Virus record (IMG/VR): IMGVR_UViG_3300017782_000149
Span: 1-28,449 of that record
Direction: 5' to 3' (one strand)
Source: a virus
Length of the DNA stretch: 28,449 nucleotides
Shown: positions 1-9,540 of the stretch, one piece after another
Layout: the number at the start of each line of letters is the position of its first letter
Numbering within the stretch: position 1 is the stretch's first letter
Made by a program: the position numbers and the translations under genes
The notes under the pieces: generated by a model
Database searches by the model: none
Seen by the model: the letters and a program-made list of their open reading frames with translations, nothing else
Told to the model about the DNA's origin: nothing

Positions 1-123
1 CGGCATGATTATCACCGTCGTACGTCGCACATACCCAAGTTTGCGCGGATCGGTACTGCGTGACTTTATTGAGATACTGCAAAGCCAAGGACTGTACGAG
101 GAGAAATACCACAACAAAACGGA
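1..123. repeat. Terminal direct repeat, copy 1 (identical to 28327-28449)
   Basis: Read by eye: cggcatgattatcaccgtcg...caacaaaacgga is present at both window ends. Confidence 0.97.
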
Positions 124-1015
124 AAGCCTATACGAGCTGTTCGGTAATACATGGGAGTTTATAGCCGTTGAACAGGAAAGCCGAATTCGTGGACGTAAAC
201 GACATGTGGTGTATATAAACGAGGCGAACGAACTGTCAAGGGATATGTTTATGCAGCTTGCACTGCGCACCACATGGAAAATCATACTTGACTATAACCC
301 AAGTATGGAATACCATTGGATATATGATGATGTAATTCCGCGTAATGATTGCGCATTCTTTCAGACTACATACAAGAACAACCCGTATTTGAGTCAGGAT
401 ACGATCGCAGAGATTGAACGCCTGCAGCACACAGATGAAAACTATTGGAGGGTTTACGGGCTAGGTGAAAAGGGCATAAGCAAAGAAACCATATTTCAAA
501 CGCACACGTACAGCGCGTTGCCTGACAACGTAAACACGGTAGGCTATGGACTTGATTTTGGATACGCATCTGATCCAGCGGCATTAATAATTGTACATGC
601 AAGGGGCGACGAATTGTACATAGAACAAAAGCTGTACAGCGGAGGACTAACAAATCAAGACCTAGCACTTGAATTTAAGAAGTTAGGCATTACACGTCAT
701 GAAGAAATCATAGCGGACAGCGCAGAACCGAAAAGCATTACTGAACTGCACCGAATGAATTTCAATGTCAAGCCTGCAAAGAAAGGAGCAGACAGCATAC
801 GAAACGGAATTGACATAATGCGCAGGCACAAGCTATATGTAAAAGATGACAGCATAGACGTACAGAAAGAATTTAGAAACTACAAGTGGATGACTGATAA
901 AGACGGTCGTATCTTACCTACACCAAAGGACGAATGGAACCATGCTATTGATGCGATTCGATACGTCTGCCTAAACAAGCTTGCACACCGTAACCGTACA
1001 TATTACTTGAGATGA
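1..1015 (+). CDS. terL: Terminase large subunit, C-terminal part (wraps from 28190)
   Basis: The ORF is open at the window start. It has a Walker B-like HVVYINEANE and nuclease-type motifs GLDFGYASDPAAL and HAIDAIRYV, as in PBSX/XtmB-type large terminases (recognised by eye). Confidence 0.85.
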   Translation, partial: GMIITVVRRTYPSLRGSVLRDFIEILQSQGLYEEKYHNKTESLYELFGNTWEFIAVEQESRIRGRKRHVVYINEANELSRDMFMQLALRTTWKIILDYNPSMEYHWIYDDVIPRNDCAFFQTTYKNNPYLSQDTIAEIERLQHTDENYWRVYGLGEKGISKETIFQTHTYSALPDNVNTVGYGLDFGYASDPAALIIVHARGDELYIEQKLYSGGLTNQDLALEFKKLGITRHEEIIADSAEPKSITELHRMNFNVKPAKKGADSIRNGIDIMRRHKLYVKDDSIDVQKEFRNYKWMTDKDGRILPTPKDEWNHAIDAIRYVCLNKLAHRNRTYYLR

Positions 1016-1647
1016 GCAGAGTAAAGAAAATCATATTGCCTACCGATTGGAACGAAGTAACGATTGACCAATACCGCGAAGTGTGGAAAGTGTACGAGCG
1101 CGAAACAGAAGCGTACAACGCGGTGCGTAGAGCGATTGAAGTGTTTGCGGGTTTAGAGCAAGGAGAGCTGCAGCATGCGGAATGGACATCAATTGAAAAA
1201 AGCGCAAGCATAATTCATTGGTTTTTGCAAGAACCGGATGCTTCTACGATGAAGATGCCATTGCAACCAACTATAACGCATAAGGGTAAACGATATGGTT
1301 TTATTCCTGATTGGACAAAGTTAACCGTAGGTGAGTTTGCGGATTTAGAAAGCTATTGCCAAGGCGGTACGTTTGATAACCTGCATAAAATTATGGCAGT
1401 GCTGTACCGTGAGATATGCCTAGAAACAACAGCAGGTTATGAGATAGCCCTGTACGATGTAGACAAGAAGCGGCAAGAAGACATGCGACAATTAACAATG
1501 GATGTAGCGATGAGCGCACTGGTTTTTTTTTGCAACATCGAAAAGGAATTAGCTATCACTATGCGGCGCTCTTTGAAGCCAAAGGATCAGCAGAAGCAAA
1601 AAGCATTAGTTCAAAATGGGGATGGTACGCAATCATCCACGAATTAG
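1012..1647 (+). CDS. Tail assembly chaperone-like protein (G-type, 0-frame product)
   Basis: ATGA overlap with the terL stop. The segment LTVGEFADLESYCQGGTFDNLHKIMAVLYRE resembles tail assembly chaperone families. A T9 slippery run and an overlapping -1 ORF lie near the 3' end. Confidence 0.5.
   Translation: MSRVKKIILPTDWNEVTIDQYREVWKVYERETEAYNAVRRAIEVFAGLEQGELQHAEWTSIEKSASIIHWFLQEPDASTMKMPLQPTITHKGKRYGFIPDWTKLTVGEFADLESYCQGGTFDNLHKIMAVLYREICLETTAGYEIALYDVDKKRQEDMRQLTMDVAMSALVFFCNIEKELAITMRRSLKPKDQQKQKALVQNGDGTQSSTN
1523..1531 (+). promoter_or_regulatory. T9 homopolymer / T_TTT_TTT slippery heptamer (candidate -1 programmed frameshift site)
   Basis: The 0-frame reads G GTT TTT TTT TGC. A -1 slip at 1524-1530 enters the ORF that is open from 1530 to 1784. 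Confidence 0.45.
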
Positions 1648-1784
1648 CACAGGGAAACGTAATGAGTATAAAACCTGTAACAGAGTTATATATTGAAGAG
1701 GTACTGACCTTTATGTCGTATGAAAAAGATGTAGCTGTAAACGAAAACGTAAAAATTAATGCAAACAATAGTAGACATAAATAA
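1530..1784 (+). CDS. -1 frame extension of 1012-1647 (putative GT-type fusion 1012..1530 + 1530..1784, about 258 aa), not an independent gene
   Basis: The ORF is in the -1 frame relative to 1012-1647 and has no ATG (the track start is TTG inside the T-run). It begins exactly at the slippery run, and its stop (1782-1784) abuts ATG 1786 of the next gene. Confidence 0.45.
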   Translation: MQHRKGISYHYAALFEAKGSAEAKSISSKWGWYAIIHELAQGNVMSIKPVTELYIEEVLTFMSYEKDVAVNENVKINANNSRHK

Positions 1785-2223
1785 CATGCTGCAATCCATT
1801 GTAAACGATCATGACGTTTTGCGCAGCTTTCATACGTTTACGCTTGATACTCTTGACATAGACAAGCTAAACGCAAGCGATTACCCGCTGCTGTATGGTC
1901 AATGCACTGATTCAGTTATTATGGACGGCATGACTGAATTTACGTACGAGATAATTGTAGGTGATTTAGTGATTGAAGAGCAACAGGAACGTATTACAGA
2001 AATCTATTCTGAAACGTTTTTGCTTTTACAGGACGTAGCTGCACAGTTTGCGTTTAACGTCAACGTAAGCAGTTTAGTAGATGGCAACAATTGGTCATTT
2101 CAACTTCCGCTACAGTGTCAACCGTTTACTGCACGTTTTGACAATAGCCTCACGGGTTGGTCAACGACGTTTAGCATTCGCTTGCCAAACGCACTAAATC
2201 TATGTGACGCGCCTTATGGATAG
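1759..2223 (+). CDS. Hypothetical virion (head-tail/tail) protein
   Basis: 154-aa ORF in the structural block. An alternative in-frame ATG at 1786 lies directly after the stop of the -1 ORF. Confidence 0.65.
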   Translation: MQTIVDINNMLQSIVNDHDVLRSFHTFTLDTLDIDKLNASDYPLLYGQCTDSVIMDGMTEFTYEIIVGDLVIEEQQERITEIYSETFLLLQDVAAQFAFNVNVSSLVDGNNWSFQLPLQCQPFTARFDNSLTGWSTTFSIRLPNALNLCDAPYG

Positions 2224-2821
2224 CTTAAGTATTGCCATAACGATTGACGGCAAGTTAGTTGACCTAGAACTTGACAACTTTATTGAAGAGTGCAACAAGA
2301 TCGGCGGTGAGGTAATCGAACAGGCGCGTACGAATCTTGCAGAGGCAGATAAGATAGTTACAGGCACACTAGCTAAGAGCCTGTACTTTGAGTTAATAGA
2401 AGACGATGAAGGGCTTGTAATTAAGTTCATGGGCGCACCGTACTACGACTTCGTAGAACAGGGCGTACAGGGCGCAGCAAACAACGCTAAAGCACCTGAC
2501 AGCCCGTATCAGTTTGGCACAGGATCAGGAGAGAAAGGAGCATTGCGACCCGCAATCAAGAAATGGATTAGGGACAAGGGCATCAGCAATAGTTCATGGA
2601 GGGATAAACAAGGGCGCTTTCTTAGCATTGATGCAATGTCCAAGCGCATTTCGCGCAGCGTATATCTTACGGGTTTAAAGCCTACGCACTACTATCAAAT
2701 GGCAATCAACCAACAGATGAAACGAATGGCAAAACGTTTACAGATGGCATTAGGTGAAGACGTAGACATTTTTATGACGGACAATTATACTCGTACATTT
2801 TCAATCGAAATCACTATTTGA
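2216..2821 (+). CDS. HK97 gp10-like tail-completion / head-tail joining protein
   Basis: TGTLAKSL ... APYYDFVEQGV resembles the HK97 gp10 family signature (tG.L..S ... Y..~vE.G). ATG 2216 overlaps the upstream TAG (ATGGATAG). The track start at 2204 is GTG. Confidence 0.5.
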   Translation: MDSLSIAITIDGKLVDLELDNFIEECNKIGGEVIEQARTNLAEADKIVTGTLAKSLYFELIEDDEGLVIKFMGAPYYDFVEQGVQGAANNAKAPDSPYQFGTGSGEKGALRPAIKKWIRDKGISNSSWRDKQGRFLSIDAMSKRISRSVYLTGLKPTHYYQMAINQQMKRMAKRLQMALGEDVDIFMTDNYTRTFSIEITI

Positions 2822-4179
2822 TGGCATATACAGTAAATCAAACAAGCACGGGATTACGAGGGTCGTATGACGAACTTATATATGTTGTAAAAGACGACAC
2901 GCAAACAGGCGAGGCTAAGTATCGCTATGCGTGCGCGGTAACTATCGACAGCACACAGCAGGCAATACTGCAACAATTGCCTAATAACGCAGATAGCGCA
3001 GTATTTAACGTGCGCAATGTAACTGCACAGTTCGTGCATCAGGATGAAGGCGTAATTGAATTAGGGTTTGGCAATACAGATTTGCTTAGTACAAACAGCA
3101 CAGCGTTCAAAACCGCTACTATGCGATTTGGTCATGCTTTTGCAGTTAGCGCAGATGCAGAGCCTACGCTTACCTTGTTGCCTGCGACCGATCAAAGCGC
3201 ACAACTAGTAAACGGAAACTTTACGCTTGCGACTAGTGCATTGATTGACACAGACGACAGTAGCGCATACGTGCCTACAGCAAACACTAAATATTGGCTA
3301 AGTGATACGCCTGAAGTCAACGGTCTGCTTGTTAATTACGTTCTGTTTGACGGCACAAAACGCAGCTATTCAACACTTGCATTTATTAATACTACTGCAT
3401 CATCTGCTACGCATATTGGCGTACGCTATTACAACGGTCAAACAACACTGAGTACGACCGTATACGCAAACAGCGTAGCGAATGGAGGAAAGCCGCCAAG
3501 TACGGTTACATCAGATAGCCAAAGACTATTGTATTTTGGTGTAGGAACGGCAAATCTAGGAGGGCAACTTACAAGCGACATCAACCCTGATTCTAGCACG
3601 AACGACGGATGGACACATTACGACGTTGTACTAGGTAGCAGCGCTGACCCGTTTACAGATGCGGTAAGCAAGACATACCGATTCGTGAAGCTTGACTGCA
3701 CACGTTTTCAAACAGCAGATGATTATTACACCGTGCATTGGTGGAACAGCAAAGGCGGATACGACAGCTTAGTTTTCAGCGGTAAATCAGAGGTTACACA
3801 AACTATGCAACGTGAAGGCTACAGGCAGATAGGAGGCAACAGTTTTGATGCAGACGGCAATGGTACGGATTACGTAAAAAATGCGTACGAAGGCGGCATG
3901 ACACAGGCACACATCCGTACGAAAACAACGCTGAACCTTAACACAGCATTTGGTGATCCTGACCGCTTGTCTCCGCTTATTATGTCACTTGTAAATAGCG
4001 AACGTGTATACGTGTCGCCTGCACGCGATTTTGGACTGAATTCGAATCAAACAAATTCTTCAGGATACGTTCGTGCTTATGTACAGGATAACAGTTTTAC
4101 AAACCGCACAAGCGTAAAGGACGGGCTGACTTCGTTTGCCTTGCAACTTGAGGTGTCACGATACAGACCAACGCGCTAA
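2821..4179 (+). CDS. Tail/baseplate structural protein (about 452 aa), function unknown
   Basis: Long ORF with a TGATG overlap to the upstream gene. The track start at 2818 is TTG and ATG is at 2821. It is rich in S/T/N/A residues, consistent with a beta-rich fold. Confidence 0.7.
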   Translation: MAYTVNQTSTGLRGSYDELIYVVKDDTQTGEAKYRYACAVTIDSTQQAILQQLPNNADSAVFNVRNVTAQFVHQDEGVIELGFGNTDLLSTNSTAFKTATMRFGHAFAVSADAEPTLTLLPATDQSAQLVNGNFTLATSALIDTDDSSAYVPTANTKYWLSDTPEVNGLLVNYVLFDGTKRSYSTLAFINTTASSATHIGVRYYNGQTTLSTTVYANSVANGGKPPSTVTSDSQRLLYFGVGTANLGGQLTSDINPDSSTNDGWTHYDVVLGSSADPFTDAVSKTYRFVKLDCTRFQTADDYYTVHWWNSKGGYDSLVFSGKSEVTQTMQREGYRQIGGNSFDADGNGTDYVKNAYEGGMTQAHIRTKTTLNLNTAFGDPDRLSPLIMSLVNSERVYVSPARDFGLNSNQTNSSGYVRAYVQDNSFTNRTSVKDGLTSFALQLEVSRYRPTR

Positions 4180-7100
4180 TGGGACAACTTGTAGCTATAG
4201 TACAGGGTGGAACAACGCAGTATGAGCTAGACCTGCCTGATACGCCAATTGAATTAAACTTTCAGTTTCAAGACCTAGGCAATCCTCTAGCTTCTAAATC
4301 GCCGTATACGTTTAATTTCAATTTGCCGCCATCGCGGAACAACGTACAGTTCTTTTCTTACTACTACGATTACAACGTTACGTTAGGCACATTTAAGGCA
4401 CAGACAAAAACATCCGTGCAGTTGTATAGCGAGGGCATTTTGCTAATGCAAGGCATACTACAATTACACAAAGCTGATGCGCAAGGATTTCAGGTCAATG
4501 TATTACAGGAACTTGCTGAGTTGTTCCAAGGTGTGCGTAATCTTTCGTTTGAAGAATTGTTTATTACTGAAGCCGGAACAATTGATACAGACCTTGACCA
4601 TGCATTGACATGGACAAACATAACTAATTCTTGGAGTACAGGAAACGACATTACAACAGGTTCTGTAGGTGATGGGGTTATTGTATATCCGTTGTCAGAT
4701 TGGGGACAAAGTTCAGTGTTTAATCAAAATGAAGACACAGGAAACGGTTTTGTATTTGCCGTAACTAACGGTGTCCCAAGCGGGATAGGAACATCTACAG
4801 GATCGGGCGCACTAGAAGCAAGGAATTTTAAACCTGCTATACGCATACAGTATTTGATTGACTACATTTTTAAACGTGTAGGAATCAACTACGAAAGCAC
4901 ATTTTTTGACAGTGAAGAGTTCAAAAAAATTTACATGTTTCTTGCTTCAGAAACTGAGCGAGTTACAAGCCGTGCAACGTACGGTTTTCGTGTAGGCATA
5001 CCAAGTGCGCAAACAATCACTGCGGCAAACGCAGGTATTTATCAGCAGTTAAATTTTACGGTTGAAAGCACTAGCCCGTTTTATGACCCTGACGGCTTAA
5101 TGTCGGGCGGTACATTTACTGTGCCATTTGACGGCAGTTATTTATTTACTTTTCGACTTATTGTAGCTGTACAAACAGTTACAAGTTTTGCATCATACAA
5201 CACGTACTGCAGAATCTTAGTTGACGGTGAAGCCGTATACTTTACTAATTACGTGCCGTGTGACCCCTCGGAAACTATGGTCTGTGACTATCAAGTATTT
5301 GTAAATCTTACTGCAAGCAGTCAAGTTAAAGTTGAGTTTTCGCACACGAATACATTTGACAGCGTTACTGTTATTCCCACAAATTCTACAGGCACAACAT
5401 TTTGGCATTTATTAATGTACGATGCTACAGAGGGTTTTGTTGATGTGTCAGCAAATTTTCCTGACATAAGTGTAGATGAGTGGTTACGAGCAATATTTGA
5501 AAAGTTCAATATCGTACTAGTCACAAAGCCAACCGATCCGAGTATAGTTTACGCAGAACCGTGGGCTAATTGGTGGAGCGCAGGAACAACACGTAAAGAC
5601 TTTACAAATAAGGTTGATGCAGATAGCATTTTAATTGAGCCTACGACAAGGTTTCAGGTAAAAGAATACACGTTTGAAGATGGAGAAGGCGATGATTTTT
5701 TAAATAAATACTATCAACATCGTCATCAAAAAACATTCGGCAGATACGTTTATGACAATGACAAGGATTTTGTTACAGGCAAAGAAAAATCAAGCGACAT
5801 TTTTCAACCGCTGAGGTTACGCAAAGTTTTTCAAAATATGCAGGGTACAGGCGAAAGCCTAGTGCCTAACGTGTTATTGCCTGCGTTTTGGGATTGGCAC
5901 GACGGAAGCGATGCATCAATATATCACAAGGAAACCGTTAGCTGCAAGCCTGTAATAGCGTATTACCTAGGATTGCAAAACATTGGAAACGGTCACACAT
6001 TTAATTTTGGCGGGAGTAACTACGCAACATATCCATATTTTACAGAATACAATACGGTTGGGGTAACTACTAGTACAAAATCATTACAATGGGGTTACAG
6101 CTATCCTGACAATTTAGAAGCACCGTTTGTTGGTAACGGTGATACTCCGGGTATAACAAATAAATACTTATTCAATACGTATTGGCTGCGTATGTTTAAT
6201 GAGTTGTACAGCGAAGAAAGCCGGGTGATGTCATGTAAACTTGATGTATCTACGATTGACGTATACAATTTACAGTTTAATGATCTGCTGTATATAGAAG
6301 GCGCATACTGGCGAATAGTAAGTTTGTCAAACTTTACATTAGAAAATAGCACACTTGCAAACGCACAGTTAATAAAAGTCATTGATGCGCCTGCAGTCAC
6401 AATACAGCAGGACTGCAATCTTATTGTTGATTCATTTAACACAGACGGGACAGTTAATTTTATTGATAGTACAGGGGCGACTGCTACAGCTACAGAACAA
6501 TGCTGCACGGCAAACGGCTTTATATGGTCTGAGTCAAACACAGAGTGTTTTTACCGACCCGGTAGCAACTCTACAGGTAGTCATCCTAATGCTCCTGCAC
6601 CCGGAATAAATCAACCAACTCCGGGTAATACAAACGGAGTGTTACCGGGAGCGCCGGGTACGGAAACAATTACAAGCATATTCTCTTTTAAAAATTCAAA
6701 ACCAATTATTGGTGGTACGTATGAACTGAAATTGTACGCAACAACAACGGGTGCTTCATCAGTTAACGCGACAACTAATGATGGCATATCTGCATTTGAA
6801 GTGCCGATGGACACAATCATGTACATTACGTATGACGTAACAATGATTGAAATTGACGGTTCTGCTGCTAGTGTTGGCGAAGCAAGCAATTTCACAGCGC
6901 GTACTTCAATTGCAAACACGAGAGATTTAGCGAGCAATTCGCCGACCGTACGCAGGGTAGGTGGATCACCGACTGTAATAAATACCGAAAAAGACTCAGG
7001 AGTTACAGCAAGCATTGATACGTCAACAGCGCAGCGAATAGCAGGAGCAGATGCATCTTACAGTGTAGCATGCACGGGTCAGGCAAACGTAACGGCGCAA

Positions 7101-7244
7101 TGGCTTATTACAGCTAAGGTGCAAATACTGCAAATACAAGGCAAAGCTGCTCAAACAGAAACAGAAGCGTATTACAATTTGACTGGCAATGTCAAAATAC
7201 ACGTTAATGATAGCTCAAACACAGCATTAGATTTTAACGGATGA
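4179..7244 (+). CDS. Large tail/baseplate protein (1021 aa), putative host-specificity protein with a C-terminal module behind a Pro/Gly linker
   Basis: TAATG overlap with the upstream gene. It is the largest ORF. A Cys cluster EQCCTANGFIWSESNTECF is followed by the linker GSHPNAPAPGINQPTPGNTNGVLPGAPG and a terminal domain of about 190 aa. Confidence 0.7.
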   Translation: MGQLVAIVQGGTTQYELDLPDTPIELNFQFQDLGNPLASKSPYTFNFNLPPSRNNVQFFSYYYDYNVTLGTFKAQTKTSVQLYSEGILLMQGILQLHKADAQGFQVNVLQELAELFQGVRNLSFEELFITEAGTIDTDLDHALTWTNITNSWSTGNDITTGSVGDGVIVYPLSDWGQSSVFNQNEDTGNGFVFAVTNGVPSGIGTSTGSGALEARNFKPAIRIQYLIDYIFKRVGINYESTFFDSEEFKKIYMFLASETERVTSRATYGFRVGIPSAQTITAANAGIYQQLNFTVESTSPFYDPDGLMSGGTFTVPFDGSYLFTFRLIVAVQTVTSFASYNTYCRILVDGEAVYFTNYVPCDPSETMVCDYQVFVNLTASSQVKVEFSHTNTFDSVTVIPTNSTGTTFWHLLMYDATEGFVDVSANFPDISVDEWLRAIFEKFNIVLVTKPTDPSIVYAEPWANWWSAGTTRKDFTNKVDADSILIEPTTRFQVKEYTFEDGEGDDFLNKYYQHRHQKTFGRYVYDNDKDFVTGKEKSSDIFQPLRLRKVFQNMQGTGESLVPNVLLPAFWDWHDGSDASIYHKETVSCKPVIAYYLGLQNIGNGHTFNFGGSNYATYPYFTEYNTVGVTTSTKSLQWGYSYPDNLEAPFVGNGDTPGITNKYLFNTYWLRMFNELYSEESRVMSCKLDVSTIDVYNLQFNDLLYIEGAYWRIVSLSNFTLENSTLANAQLIKVIDAPAVTIQQDCNLIVDSFNTDGTVNFIDSTGATATATEQCCTANGFIWSESNTECFYRPGSNSTGSHPNAPAPGINQPTPGNTNGVLPGAPGTETITSIFSFKNSKPIIGGTYELKLYATTTGASSVNATTNDGISAFEVPMDTIMYITYDVTMIEIDGSAASVGEASNFTARTSIANTRDLASNSPTVRRVGGSPTVINTEKDSGVTASIDTSTAQRIAGADASYSVACTGQANVTAQWLITAKVQILQIQGKAAQTETEAYYNLTGNVKIHVNDSSNTALDFNG

Positions 7245-7368
7245 AGTATTGGATAAACAGCATAGGATATGGACTGCCTGTAGCAATCCGCTTGACAGTA
7301 GGAAAAAACATTAAGGGTACGGGTATATGGAGGTATTGGTACGGGATTAATGACTTGAATCAAAGCAG

Positions 7369-9204
7369 TTGGAAGAAGCTGAGATTAATATTAAACAACA
7401 GATGGCAGCAGAAGCGAAAGTAAAAATTAAGGGCGAAGAAACCGTAACATCAGCGGCGGAGAGTGCAGGCGATGCGGTAGAGCGTTTAGAGCGCCGTATG
7501 TCAAAGGCAGGCAAAGGCGCAAAAAAAGATTGGGGCGGAATTGGCGATTTATTTAGTCAGTTTTTGCCGCGCGGTTTTCAGCGCACTATTCGTTCGTTTA
7601 AATCTACACAACGTCAAATTGGACGTTTATCGCGTGGTTTCAAATCGCTACGCGGTGCTATTGCCGCTACAGGCATTGGTGCGTTTGTAGTGGCATTAGG
7701 CCTTATTGTAGATAATTGGGACAAAATTAGCGCATCTATTACAGGCGCAAGCGATGCAACAAAAGATGCCGTTACGGAAAGCGAGAAGCTAGTTAAGGCA
7801 AGCAAGGATCAGCTTGATAACATTTCTGCAACGGAAAACATTCTAAAGTTGCAGGGAAAAACGGAAGAGGACATACTGCTAATGCGTATGCAGGGTACAG
7901 ACGAAGCCATTATGCAGCAAAGGATTTTAATAGAAAACCTTAAAAAACAGAAAGACGAAGAAACTGAGGCGGCAGAGCGTGTAACTAATTACACAAAAGC
8001 AATTGTTGGCTTAGTAACATTCCCTCTTGTCGCTGCATTAGGCGCAATTGACACAATTAGTGCAGGTCTAGCGCAACTTGGTGTTTTAGAAGAAGGTACA
8101 AATCTTGCAACCGGATTTGTCGAAGGTATTGCAGGCATGCTCTTTACACCGCCTAAAGAAGTGCAAGAAAAGGCGGATGAATCAATTGAAGCAGCAGAGG
8201 CACAATTACAACGCTTAGAAAATACGCGTGCAGGCTACGCCTTACGTCAACAAGCTAACGAAGAAAAAGAAGCAGAGCAGGCACGCCGTAAAAGAGAACA
8301 GATTGACAAACAGCGATTAGCAGATGAGAAGTTTGTACAGGATCAGTTGCTGAAGCTGCAGCAGGACTACGAAATACGCAGCTTAGAAGATGCTGATGCA
8401 CAAGCTAAGAAGCGGCTTGAGTTACAGTTTAAAGCAGATATGCTTGAATTAATACAGCGCGGTGCTACGTATGATGCATTACTAGCCCTGCAACGTAAGT
8501 ATGAAATGGACGTAGCAGAGATTGACGAAGCCGCTGCACAGCGTAAATCAGATAGGGAGGCGCAACTTTCTGACCAATTATACGAAAGGTCTTTAACTGA
8601 TTTTGAGCGCCAAGAAATGGCTTTAATGGCACAGTATGACCGCATGGTAGAAATGGCGGGAGATAATGCCGAATTGATAGCGCGAATTAACGCTGCGTAC
8701 ATTGAGGACTACGAACAAATTGTACAAGATTCCGCAGACGAAGAAGAAAACATACAGTTGCGTAAAATTGATGCGTTAGTTAATGCAACAAGCGGACTAT
8801 TCCGCACCATGGGTCAATTAGCAGAAGACAATAGTGAGCAGCAAAAGAACCTTGCAATAGCCGATGTATTGCTTAATCAGGCAATGGCTATGGCAGGTGC
8901 TATTCGCGGCGCAACAGATTCAGCAAAAGACCCTATTAGCCTTGCAACGTATATTATAACTATGCTAGGAACGGTATTGGGCAGCTTTGTAGGCGTAAAA
9001 CAAATACTTGATAAAGCAGGTGGTTCGGGTGGTGGTGTTGGTGGTGGTGGTGGCGGTGTAACTAGATCGGGATTTGCAGATAACATGGTTACACCATTGC
9101 CTGCAAGACTCGATACGCCTGATATGCAAGCATACGTTGTACAGTCACAATTACAAGGGCAAAATGCAATGGCACAACAACTTAATAGTAAGATTACGCT
9201 TTGA
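7369..9204 (+). CDS. Tape-measure-like protein (coiled-coil, TM segments, Gly tract)
   Basis: About 600-611 aa (TTG 7369 or ATG 7402). Long charged heptad-like stretches (EAAEAQLQRLENTRAGYALRQQANEEKEAEQARRKREQ) sit beside hydrophobic segments (AIAATGIGAFVVALGLIV) and GGSGGGVGGGGGGV. This is a typical TMP composition. Confidence 0.55.
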   Translation: MEEAEINIKQQMAAEAKVKIKGEETVTSAAESAGDAVERLERRMSKAGKGAKKDWGGIGDLFSQFLPRGFQRTIRSFKSTQRQIGRLSRGFKSLRGAIAATGIGAFVVALGLIVDNWDKISASITGASDATKDAVTESEKLVKASKDQLDNISATENILKLQGKTEEDILLMRMQGTDEAIMQQRILIENLKKQKDEETEAAERVTNYTKAIVGLVTFPLVAALGAIDTISAGLAQLGVLEEGTNLATGFVEGIAGMLFTPPKEVQEKADESIEAAEAQLQRLENTRAGYALRQQANEEKEAEQARRKREQIDKQRLADEKFVQDQLLKLQQDYEIRSLEDADAQAKKRLELQFKADMLELIQRGATYDALLALQRKYEMDVAEIDEAAAQRKSDREAQLSDQLYERSLTDFERQEMALMAQYDRMVEMAGDNAELIARINAAYIEDYEQIVQDSADEEENIQLRKIDALVNATSGLFRTMGQLAEDNSEQQKNLAIADVLLNQAMAMAGAIRGATDSAKDPISLATYIITMLGTVLGSFVGVKQILDKAGGSGGGVGGGGGGVTRSGFADNMVTPLPARLDTPDMQAYVVQSQLQGQNAMAQQLNSKITL

Positions 9205-9215
9205 ATAAACGGCGG

Positions 9216-9223
9216 TATATTGT
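9216..9223 (+). promoter_or_regulatory. TATATTGT box (followed by AAATTGT), 26 nt upstream of ATG 9250; candidate -7/-10-like promoter element
   Basis: It lies in the 45-nt gap after the tape-measure gene. The same TATTG(T/C) core is seen 18-26 nt upstream of three other operon-initial ATGs (23079, 27404, 27846). Confidence 0.3.
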
Positions 9224-9249
9224 AAATTGTACGCAACACGTAAAAAAGT

Positions 9250-9540
9250 ATGGAAAAGAAAAAGTTTAGTTATAACGGTTGGGCAAGCTATGAAACTTGG
9301 CTTGTATCGGTTTGGGAGTTTATTCCCTTGTTTGTGGAATACTACTATGATCGGGAAGCAACACCTGAAGACGTAGACTCTCGAGAAATCGAAGATTTAT
9401 TTATGGAGTATGTCGAAATCCCACGAGGAGCAAGCATTGTGAATGACATGATGACAACCGCCATCAGCCGCATTGACTTTCGTGAAATCGCAGAGCACGT
9501 AGAAACTGACCTGCAAGACATGATTAACGACAACTACTGA
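9250..9540 (+). CDS. Small acidic protein (96 aa), first gene of the acidic micro-ORF array
   Basis: ORF with an A-rich leader. It has an N-terminal W-rich motif NGWASYETWLVSVW and an acidic C-terminal half. Confidence 0.7.
   Translation: MEKKKFSYNGWASYETWLVSVWEFIPLFVEYYYDREATPEDVDSREIEDLFMEYVEIPRGASIVNDMMTTAISRIDFREIAEHVETDLQDMINDNY

Noticed and set aside
1-123. The terminal repeat could be a biological direct terminal repeat (DTR) marking the physical genome ends.
   Set aside because: The repeat lies inside the terL coding sequence, and reading through it restores an intact gene. This favours a circular-assembly overlap, though read-start analysis would be needed to exclude a DTR.
1530-1784. 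This ORF could be an independent 84-aa gene.
   Set aside because: It has no ATG (the track start is TTG inside the T9 run). It overlaps 1012-1647 by 118 nt in the -1 frame. It is better explained as a frameshift extension, or as a homopolymer error.
6382-6609. A + strand 75-aa ORF is nested in an alternative frame of the 1021-aa gene.
   Set aside because: It is fully embedded in a long, continuous ORF. Its composition is low-complexity (Q/L-rich), and it has no leader or coupling signal.
7241-7423. A 60-aa Trp-rich ORF starts with an ATGA overlap on the stop of the 1021-aa gene.
   Set aside because: Translational coupling makes it possible. However, it overlaps the tape-measure start (TTG 7369 / ATG 7402), has an odd composition and has no recognisable motif. 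It is left as unsupported, and the 125-nt interval may simply be non-coding.
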